This document shows positions 1-10,110 of a DNA stretch of 11,248 bases, piece after piece (within the stretch, counting starts at the first letter, position 1; each line of letters begins with the position of its first letter). The DNA is taken from contig JARRQT010000152.1 of the NCBI GenBank assembly GCA_037381445.1, positions 1 through 11,248 of the forward strand, given 5' to 3'. The position numbers and the translations under genes are program-made. The notes beneath the pieces are model-generated. The model did not search any database and was not told the DNA's origin. It was given only the letters and a program-made list of their open reading frames with translations. This DNA is from Calditrichia bacterium. Its GTDB lineage: Bacteria; Calditrichota; Calditrichia; RBG-13-44-9.

Positions 1-1093
1 GTGCTGAAAGTCTCCCGCGATGATTCGGTTATTTACACCGGCAGACCGGGACCGCTTGATACGCTTCTTTATGATACCGGCCTGCTGCCCTCCCGCCAAT
101 ACAGTTACCGGGCCTCGCTGCTGCGCAATAACAATCTGCTGAAAGAGAATGCGCTGTGCAGCATTACCACCCTGAATACCACCAGCCATGAATTTGAATG
201 GGAAGTGATTGAATTCCCCAGCCCCTACGGCAGCGGGATGCTGTTTGATGCGGCCGTCATCAATGAGAATGATATCTGGGCTTGCGGGGAGATTTACAGC
301 GACAGCACCCAACCCTGGCTGCCCTATAATGCCGTTCACTGGGATGGGAAGCAGTGGGAGCTGAAGAGGATACCAACAAATTCTGTGGTCGGCATTGGTA
401 ATGACCCAATTACCACAGTTTTTGCTTTTGATGCAGATAACATCTGGATGTTTTCGGATGCTGGTTCTTATTGTTATTGGAATGGCACTAATTGGCAAAC
501 GCAATATGTACCGGAAAGACAGGGAGGAATAAACAAAATATGGGGTAGTTCTCCCACAGATATATATTTCGTCGGTACCAATGGCAATATTACCCACTAC
601 AACGGCAGCTTTTGGCAGAAATTATACAGCGGAACGGCACTGAATATCTATGATATCTGGGGAGATGTGAATCCGCTGACCGGAAAAACAGAAATCCTGG
701 CGGTTGCTTCCAGTTGGCCCGGCTCTGTCGGGGAAGTTCAGGTGCTCAGTATTCATGATTACCGTGTGGTTTGTGCCCGGAAAGAGATATTATGTGGTGG
801 GGGACGGGGTGTATTATACCCGCAAACCGGGGGATCCCTGGGTGCATGAAACGGATTTTCCCCTGATATTCATGGCCGGTATCCGGGGTCAGGGCATCAA
901 TGATATACTGGTTGTAGGTGGATTCGGGCTGGTTTCCCATTTCAACGGCCTGACCTGGCATCATTATGCCGGTAATGAGCTTCCCACGTTTTATGGGAAT
1001 TACGGTTCACCCGCCTATAAGGGAAATATAGCGATAGCAGTTGGTTGGAAAGGAGTCAATGGTATCATCCTGAAAGGGATACACCGGCCCTGA
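1..1093 (+). pseudogene. Frameshifted gene for a Trp/Gly-rich repeat protein (probable beta-propeller, with an FN3-like segment at the start). Probably 5'-truncated by the window edge. Pieces: frame +1 from 1 to ~765, frame +2 from ~764 to 1093.
   Basis: ORF 1..849 has repeats of the type 'hW(G/A)....DI(W/Y).(V/C)G....(H/Y)(W/Y)(D/N)G..W' (NDIWACG..HWDGKQW; NIWMFS..YWNGTNW; IWGSSPTDIYFVGTNGNITHYNGSFW). After ...SIHDYRV it loses this character. ORF 704..1093 resumes the same repeat type (VWFVPGKRYYVVGDGVY; DILVVGGFGLVSHFNGLTW) and ends at TGA 1091-1093, just before a terminator. The break could be a real lesion or an assembly error. Confidence 0.7.
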
Positions 1094-1123
1094 ATTTCAT
1101 TCAGACCGAAAAATGATGTGATG

Positions 1124-1173
1124 AAAATAAAACGGGCATCTGCAATTCTCTGCGGAATGCCCGTTTTGTTTTT
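1124..1173 (+). terminator. Rho-independent terminator, possibly bidirectional
   Basis: AAAACGGGCAT (1129-1139) pairs perfectly with ATGCCCGTTTT (1157-1167). The stem extends with CTGCA/TGCGG (one G-U pair, one bulged A) around loop 1145-1150. A T-rich tail (TTTTGTTTTT) follows and an A-run precedes it. It lies ~30 nt after the stop at 1093. Confidence 0.85.
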
Positions 1174-1491
1174 GATTTTCCGCATTTTCCGGGAATGAGA
1201 ATTCCCTGCCCCCGCTTCTCCGGCCTTGCCTTCCGGAAACATTTTGCCGCTTTCTGATTTAATTAATATAAGCATTATTGAAATATCCTGTTGAATCTTT
1301 AAAAGAGAATGAGAAGGTTGCTAAATGATTTTTGGGCCGCTGGCAATAATTCCTGTTTCAGATTCGAATAAAAATGAGATCAATTGTCTTTTTTTAATAT
1401 AGGAGCCTCCCGGGAAATCGGGTTCGATTGCCATCCGGTTGAAGGTTCCTGATTTCTCACGGGCAGAAATTCTAAAAAATTTTTTCAGCGG

Positions 1492-1505
1492 AAAGGAGGA
1501 GGTGG
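1492..1505 (+). promoter_or_regulatory. Shine-Dalgarno sequence of glgE
   Basis: AAAGGAGGAGGTGG directly upstream of the GTG at 1509. Confidence 0.8.
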
Positions 1506-1508
1506 CGC

Positions 1509-3500
1509 GTGCAGACCGGTAAAGACGGCAGAAAACGCATTGTCATAGAGAATCTGAGGCCCAATGTAAATTGCGGCGAATACCCGGTGAAAAGGGTAGT
1601 CGGAGAGGATGTGGTTATTTCGGCGGATATCATATCCGACGGTCACGACAGGATCGCCGCCGAACTGCTTTTTCGCAGGGCGGAAATAAAGCAGTGGCAT
1701 GCCGCGCCTGTTCTGTTTGTAGATAACGACCGCTGGGAAGGGCTCTTTACGGTTGCGGAGGAGGGGGTTTATTATTATACCCTGCGGGCCTGGGTGGACC
1801 ATTTCTCCACCTGGCAGAATGACCTGAAGACCCGGCTGGATGCCGGACAGGATGTGAGCGTGGAACTGCTGATCGGCGCCGGGATAATTGAGCAGGCTTC
1901 CGACGCGGCGGATACGAATCATGCCAAAAAGCTGCAGGCCTGGGCGGGAAACCTTCGCAATTTGAAGGATATGCAGACGGCCATTGATTCGGCTTTCAGC
2001 GCCCAGTTGACCCAGTTGATGTTTGAATATGCCGACCGCGGCCTGGCAACGGTTTTCCCGGAAGAATACCGCGTATGGGTGGAAAGGCCCAAGGCGCTGT
2101 TCAGCGCCTGGTATGAGCTGTTTCCGCGCTCCGCCAGCACGGAACCGGGAAAGCACGGCACATTTGGAGACGTGGAACGGCTGCTGCCGGAGATCGCCGA
2201 AATGGGATTCGATGTCATCTACCTGCCGCCCATTCATCCCATCGGGAAAACCAATCGAAAAGGGAAGAATAACAGTATTAAAGCAAAAGCAGATGATCCC
2301 GGCAGTCCCTGGGCCATCGGAGCACCGGAGGGGGGACACAAATCGATCCATTCCCAACTGGGCAGAATGGACGATTTTGTTCACCTGCTGAAAGCCGCTA
2401 AAGATCGCGGAATTGATATCGCGCTGGATCTGGCGTTTCAGTGCTCGCCGGACCATCCCTATGTAAAGGAACATCCGGAGTGGTTCCGCTGGCGGCCGGA
2501 CGGGACGGTGCAGTATGCCGAGAATCCTCCGAAAAAATACCAGGATATCCTGCCGCTCAATTTTGAAAATGAAAAATGGAAAGAACTCTGGGAAGAGCTG
2601 AAAAGCATCGTGCTGTTCTGGATTGATAAAGGGGTGGAAATATTCCGTGTAGATAATCCCCATACCAAACCATTCTCATTCTGGGAATGGCTTATCCGTG
2701 AAATAAAAAAAGACCATCCGGAAGTGATCTTCCTGGCGGAGGCCTTCACCCGTCCCAAAATGATGTACCGTCTGGCAAAGGTGGGTTTCACGCAGTCCTA
2801 CACCTACTTTACGTGGCGGAATACCAGGGATGAGTTTGTGGAGTATCTGACAGAACTGACCCGCCGGGATGCCCGGGAGTTCTTTCGTCCCAATTTCTGG
2901 ACAAATACGCCGGACATTCTGCCGGAAAACCTGCAGTACGGCGGGCGTCCGGCGTTCATCAACCGCCTGATTCTGGCCGCCACCTTGTCTTCCAATTACG
3001 GAATTTACGGGCCTGTTTACGAACTTTGCATCAACCAGGCACTGGCCGGCAAAGAAGAATACCGGGATTCCGAAAAATTTGAAATCAAACACTGGGACAG
3101 GGACCAGCCGGGGAACATCAGGGATATTGTGACGCGGATGAATCAGATCCGAAAAGAGAACAGCGCGCTGCACACAACCTGGAATGTCGATTTTTACGAT
3201 ACGGACAATCGCTATCTGCTGTGTTACGGCAAAACAGCTCCGGACCTGTCCAATATTCTGGTGGTGGTCGTCAACCTGGACTATTTTCACCGGCAGGCCG
3301 GCACGGTGCTGATTCCCATCAAAAACCTTGGCATTCCGGAGTCGCAATCTTACCTGGTTCATGAACTGCTGAGCGATGTGAAATCCATCTGGCAGGGCGG
3401 CAGCAATTACGTGGAACTGGATCCGGAAAAGATGCCGGCCAGTATCTACCGGATTCACCGGCGGTTGCGGCGGGAAAATGATTTTGATTATTACATGTAG
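1509..3500 (+). CDS. glgE: Alpha-1,4-glucan:maltose-1-phosphate maltosyltransferase (GH13_3)
   Basis: 663 aa with GlgE hallmark motifs: 'YPVKRVVGE', 'SAWYELFPRS', 'YLPPIHPIG', 'NRKGKNN', 'GSPWAIG', 'YAENPPKKYQDI', catalytic 'FRVDNPHTKP', 'FLAEAFTRP', 'QSYTYFTWRN', 'NTPDIL' and 'EEY.DSEK(F/Y)E'. Strong SD; adjacent to treS. Confidence 0.97.
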   Translation: MQTGKDGRKRIVIENLRPNVNCGEYPVKRVVGEDVVISADIISDGHDRIAAELLFRRAEIKQWHAAPVLFVDNDRWEGLFTVAEEGVYYYTLRAWVDHFSTWQNDLKTRLDAGQDVSVELLIGAGIIEQASDAADTNHAKKLQAWAGNLRNLKDMQTAIDSAFSAQLTQLMFEYADRGLATVFPEEYRVWVERPKALFSAWYELFPRSASTEPGKHGTFGDVERLLPEIAEMGFDVIYLPPIHPIGKTNRKGKNNSIKAKADDPGSPWAIGAPEGGHKSIHSQLGRMDDFVHLLKAAKDRGIDIALDLAFQCSPDHPYVKEHPEWFRWRPDGTVQYAENPPKKYQDILPLNFENEKWKELWEELKSIVLFWIDKGVEIFRVDNPHTKPFSFWEWLIREIKKDHPEVIFLAEAFTRPKMMYRLAKVGFTQSYTYFTWRNTRDEFVEYLTELTRRDAREFFRPNFWTNTPDILPENLQYGGRPAFINRLILAATLSSNYGIYGPVYELCINQALAGKEEYRDSEKFEIKHWDRDQPGNIRDIVTRMNQIRKENSALHTTWNVDFYDTDNRYLLCYGKTAPDLSNILVVVVNLDYFHRQAGTVLIPIKNLGIPESQSYLVHELLSDVKSIWQGGSNYVELDPEKMPASIYRIHRRLRRENDFDYYM

Positions 3501-3518
3501 AAATTGCGGGGAATAAAT

Positions 3519-6851
<3,333 letters not shown>

Positions 6852-6933
6852 TTGTCTGATTTCTGCTTGAATAATAAAACATAAAGCAGTAAAATGAATC
6901 AGCACGCAGTTTCTGAAAAAATGGGTTTGCCAC

Positions 6934-7281
6934 GTGAAAAAAATGGGCCAGAGTCTCGAACGCATTGTCAATCGGATACCGCAATTGAAACCGGTCTACA
7001 AAAAAGATCTGGAACCAGGAGACCGCCTGCTCATATATACCCTCAATTCCATCTATTCAATTGAAGTGCTGGGTGAAGGATTTTATCATGTTTCGGGAGG
7101 ATGGTTCAGTCACAGGATGCTTTCTCCCCATAAAACCACCATCACTGGATGCAGCTGGGGAAGCAGTATCATTTTGATGGAAGTGGCGGCCGCCCGCGGA
7201 TTGTGCCTGGAGTTTGGCAACCGGGTGGTGACCAGCCCCATCCGCAAAATTTCCCTCATTAAATCCCATGCCCTGAATTAA
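6934..7281 (+). CDS. Small uncharacterised protein (~112-115 aa); start uncertain (GTG 6934 or ATG 6943)
   Basis: Fills the gap between treS-mak and the convergent hydrolase gene, on the same strand as the glgE operon. Protein-like beta-rich composition with Gly/Trp/Cys motifs (NSIYSI, VSGGWF, GCSWGSS, GLCLEFGNRVVTS). No clear SD. Confidence 0.75.
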   Translation: MKKMGQSLERIVNRIPQLKPVYKKDLEPGDRLLIYTLNSIYSIEVLGEGFYHVSGGWFSHRMLSPHKTTITGCSWGSSIILMEVAAARGLCLEFGNRVVTSPIRKISLIKSHALN

Positions 7282-7305
7282 ACATACACATTGACCCCCC
7301 AAACG

Positions 7306-7328
7306 CTCTTGCCGCTGGCAGGCAGGAG
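7306..7328. terminator. Weak hairpin between convergent genes, possible terminator
   Basis: CTCTTGCC (7306-7313) pairs with GGCAGGAG (7321-7328): 8 bp with one G-U pair, 7-nt loop. It lies in the 68-nt gap between two converging stop codons. No clean U-tract. Confidence 0.3.
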
Positions 7329-7349
7329 GATTGAAAAATCTTTTGGCTG

Positions 7350-8243
7350 TTAGGTCTGGTGAAACGGCGTATTTACGGGCGATTCCTGTTCAGCCGTTAC
7401 GAACTCAAGCACCGCTGCGATGATCCGCTCATTATTCAGGATGCGCCGGTGCCCCTGATTTTCTGTCAGCATCAGACGGCTTCTCTTCCAGTTTGCATGC
7501 AACCTAAGCGCCTGGTGAAGGTCCACCTCTTTGTCATTCCTGTCATGAATAACAAGTCCGGGCGATGAAAATCCGGCTGCGATTCTTTCCGGCGACATCT
7601 CGGAGACAGGCATGCGGGCAATTCGTTCTATCTCCAGGGCAAAGCGTTCCATCAAATCCGACGATGCCATCAGCTTTTTCTCAAAATCGTCAAAAATATA
7701 TTTCATGGAGGCCGGACTGCCTATGGTGATCAGTTTCTCCGTCCTTACACCCCCGCGGATGGCAAAGGCGGCCACCACACCCCCAAAAGAATGGGCGATA
7801 ATGGCAAAAAATTCCCCTGTCTGTTTTTGGATATCGGCAATAACTTCCGCCATTTCCGGCAGATTTGTCCGTTTCCCGGGTGCTTTGCCGTGGGCAGGGG
7901 CGTCAAAGGTGATGACTGAAAAACCGGCGTCCATTAGCGGTTTTATGAATCCTGCCATTTGAGAAGCGCGTCCCTCCCAGCCATGGACCAACAGTACTGC
8001 CGGTCCGCGGCCCCACTGGTAACGGACATAACAGGCCGGGGACCGTTCCAACCGGTTATGGCTCTCAAAATAAATTTCACGCTCATCGAGAGCAAGCCTC
8101 GGGAACGATTCCCATTGCTTTTTAGGATATCTTTGCGGCGTGCAGAACAGCCGGACCGCCCAGCGGACCGCCAGATCCGGGAATGCCAGATCCACGGCCC
8201 GGAATAGCAACTGATAGCTCTTTATGACAAATTTGTTTAACAT
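7350..8243 (-). CDS. Alpha/beta-fold hydrolase (serine esterase/thioesterase-like)
   Basis: 297 aa. Oxyanion motif 'LLVHGWEG', 'FDAPAHG', nucleophile elbow 'IIAHSFGG', acid region 'IHDRNDKEV', catalytic His 'GHRRIL'. SD-like AAGGGAGG upstream of the ATG on the minus strand. Confidence 0.92.
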   Translation of the reverse strand: MLNKFVIKSYQLLFRAVDLAFPDLAVRWAVRLFCTPQRYPKKQWESFPRLALDEREIYFESHNRLERSPACYVRYQWGRGPAVLLVHGWEGRASQMAGFIKPLMDAGFSVITFDAPAHGKAPGKRTNLPEMAEVIADIQKQTGEFFAIIAHSFGGVVAAFAIRGGVRTEKLITIGSPASMKYIFDDFEKKLMASSDLMERFALEIERIARMPVSEMSPERIAAGFSSPGLVIHDRNDKEVDLHQALRLHANWKRSRLMLTENQGHRRILNNERIIAAVLEFVTAEQESPVNTPFHQT

Positions 8244-8325
8244 TCCTGCCTCCCTTATTTCTTAAACAAAATCTCTTTTTTGCCGAATTTCATGATTGCA
8301 AAAATTACGGTTATCCGGCTGAATA

Positions 8326-8365
8326 TATCCTCCCGGCGGTCCTGAAAAAAACCGCCGGGAGGATA
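8326..8365. repeat. Perfect 15-bp inverted repeat (stem-loop) between mddA and the hydrolase gene
   Basis: TATCCTCCCGGCGGT (8326-8340) and ACCGCCGGGAGGATA (8351-8365) with a 10-nt loop CCTGAAAAAA. Confidence 0.9.
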
Positions 8366-8425
8366 CCTGGTTTCTTTTTGCCCGGGTCAGTAAATGCCAT
8401 TAGTTCCGGCGCAGGCTTCCACAGA

Positions 8426-9187
8426 TCAGTTCGATTCCGCTGGCTGCCGGGGACTTTCCCGTCTTCTCAATCGCGGGATAATCTTAGGCACCTCACTCTG
8501 ATAGATCTGATATTTCCGGCCGAAGGATTTCACCAGATCGCGCTCTTCGAACCAGACGCCTGCCAGAATATATCCGGTCAGGCCCCAGGCAAACAGGATA
8601 TGTCCGGCGCTCATAAACGGGGTCGCCCACATGGCAATAATTATCCCCACCATCATGGGATGGCGTATAATCCGGTAAAACAGCGGCGTTTGGAAATGGG
8701 GCGGTTCAAAAGGCTGATTCTTCAGCTGCGTGTAAACCTGCTGGAGGCCAAACAATTCAAAATGATTTATCAGGTATGTGGAAACAAGCAGAATCAGCCA
8801 TCCCAGCGCAAACAATGCATTCATCACCATTTGACCTGCGGGATTTTCAATATTCCATACAGCCGGATTCAGCGGCTGCCATTGCCAGAACAAAATGACC
8901 AATACGGCGCTGGAGGCAATCACATAGGTGCTTCGCACCATGGATTTGGGCATGAAACCGGTCAGCCACCTTTTAAACGATCTTCTGGCCATTATGCTGT
9001 GCTGCAGGCCAAACAGGCTAATCAGACCCAGATCGACGGCCAGGGCTCCGAGCAAAGAAGCTGACTGTCCGGAATCGACCGACTTTGGCACCCAGAAATT
9101 CCCCACAAAGCCAATCCAATACAGAAACGTTCCGAAGAAAAATAAATACCCCAGGACACCATATATAAAAATCAGAGATCTTTTCAT
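8426..9187 (-). CDS. mddA: Methanethiol S-methyltransferase (MddA-like; isoprenylcysteine carboxylmethyltransferase family membrane methyltransferase)
   Basis: 253 aa, multi-transmembrane. Motifs match my recollection of characterised MddA along the full length: 'Y.IGF....VPKS.DSG', 'LF.(L/V)QHS.MAR.SFK.W', 'R(S/A)TYV..S', 'WQP', '(N/S)HFELFG..Q', 'F.TPL.Y...RHP...G', 'WATP.M..GH.LFA', 'YIL.G...EE.DL'. Strong SD AGGAGGTGG upstream. Confidence 0.85.
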   Translation of the reverse strand: MKRSLIFIYGVLGYLFFFGTFLYWIGFVGNFWVPKSVDSGQSASLLGALAVDLGLISLFGLQHSIMARRSFKRWLTGFMPKSMVRSTYVIASSAVLVILFWQWQPLNPAVWNIENPAGQMVMNALFALGWLILLVSTYLINHFELFGLQQVYTQLKNQPFEPPHFQTPLFYRIIRHPMMVGIIIAMWATPFMSAGHILFAWGLTGYILAGVWFEERDLVKSFGRKYQIYQSEVPKIIPRLRRRESPRQPAESN

Positions 9188-9254
9188 CTTGCCACCTCCT
9201 TTTATTAATTAAAAATTTAAGAATTCAGGTAACATGAACCCCAATTCTTACTCT

Positions 9255-9845
9255 TTAATACATACCAACCAATTTCAGGTAGCGTCGGAAATTATTCAGC
9301 GCCGTGGGTACATGGGTCCAGTCGTTATAGGCGCGGGCCAGCACGATTGACCCTTCTATCACGTTCAGAAATTGTTCGGAAAGCTCTACTGCGGTTGGTC
9401 CGTTTTCGGCTGCAGTTTTCAGCGCGACCGGCTCAAATAGCGGTGTAAGATGGCGCACAAGTTCATTGAAAAGGGTGGACACCTGTTCGGCAAGCTGCGG
9501 TCCGATGCCTGCCAGATAGGAAGCAAAGCTGCCCAGCAGGCATCCTTTATTCCACAGCTCCCAGGCCACGGAGTCTGTATGGTCCAGAAAAAGGAACAGA
9601 CGTTTCATGGGATCTTTTTCTTCGAGAAATGGTCCCTGCCCGACAACGTGCATGGCGCTTTGATAATACCATCTAAGGACCGCCACGCCGAGTTCTTCTT
9701 TGGTTTTAAAATAATGAAAGAAGCTGCCTTTGCTGACCCCGGCGGTCCTGCATATCTCATCGACAGTAGTGGCGGGATAACCTTTTTCCAGAATCAGGGC
9801 ATAGGCGTTTTCCATAATTTTTTCTTTTGTGCCATTCCGTTTCAT
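9255..9845 (-). CDS. TetR/AcrR-family transcriptional repressor, NemR-like
   Basis: N-terminal HTH 'GYPATTVDEICRTAGVSKGSFFHYFKTKEEL'. The C-terminal domain has 'GCLLG' (Cys102 counting from ATG 9845) and 'IEGSIVLARA'. ATG 9845 is preferred over 9851 because 9851 abuts the -10 box. Confidence 0.93.
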   Translation of the reverse strand: MKRNGTKEKIMENAYALILEKGYPATTVDEICRTAGVSKGSFFHYFKTKEELGVAVLRWYYQSAMHVVGQGPFLEEKDPMKRLFLFLDHTDSVAWELWNKGCLLGSFASYLAGIGPQLAEQVSTLFNELVRHLTPLFEPVALKTAAENGPTAVELSEQFLNVIEGSIVLARAYNDWTHVPTALNNFRRYLKLVGMY

Positions 9846-9851
9846 GGTCAT

Positions 9852-9875
9852 AATATACCAACTGGTCGGTTTATT
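9852..9875. promoter_or_regulatory. Putative TetR operator (imperfect palindrome overlapping the -10 box and spacer)
   Basis: AATATACCAAC-TG-GTCGGTTTATT: 9 of 11 symmetric positions are complementary around 9863/9864. This is the usual position for a TetR autorepression operator. Confidence 0.75.
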
Positions 9876-9880
9876 GTCAA
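9852..9880 (-). promoter_or_regulatory. Sigma70-type promoter for the tetR-mddA cluster
   Basis: Minus strand reads TTGACA (9880-9875), a 17-nt spacer ending in TGG (extended -10 TGn), then TATATT (9857-9852). Predicted +1 is about 9845. Confidence 0.88.
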
Positions 9881-10110
9881 GCTCTCTTTTGCTTTTTTTA
9901 GCAACTCTTTTTTTAGGACGAGAAGCTCAATAAAAGAAGCGGCTTCTATGTTTTCCGGTGGTTTGGCGGAGAATCAAGCGGTTACTCTGATGTGTATGGG
10001 GGCGGCATTCGCCAAAGCTGAAAAGTAATGCAACAATTGTTTCTTTTTGTCGATATGAACTACTGCATAAAGTTTGAAACCGAGATATAAAGGCAGCAAT
10101 GGAGAAAGAG

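Noticed and set aside
760..780. Programmed ribosomal frameshift as the explanation for the split first gene
   Set aside because: No slippery heptamer or homopolymer at the junction, and an inter-repeat linker appears to be missing, which favours a deletion.
1015..1275. 86-aa minus-strand ORF
   Set aside because: It overlaps the end of the upstream gene and runs through its terminator; no SD or domain signal.
1..1500. Diversity-generating retroelement behind the mosaic repeat gene
   Set aside because: No reverse transcriptase and no template/variable repeat pair visible in the window.
3504..3518. TTG start for treS at 3504
   Set aside because: No SD in front of it, whereas ATG 3519 has GGGGA at suitable spacing.
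9200..9222. AT-only palindrome (TTAATTAA core) between tetR and mddA
   Set aside because: Low complexity, no resemblance to the 9852-9875 dyad, and consistent with an ordinary AU-rich stretch upstream of an SD.
8378..10028. Plus-strand ORFs 8378..9064, 8928..9212 and 9450..10028
   Set aside because: They lie antisense to mddA and tetR, which carry clear family motifs and expression signals.
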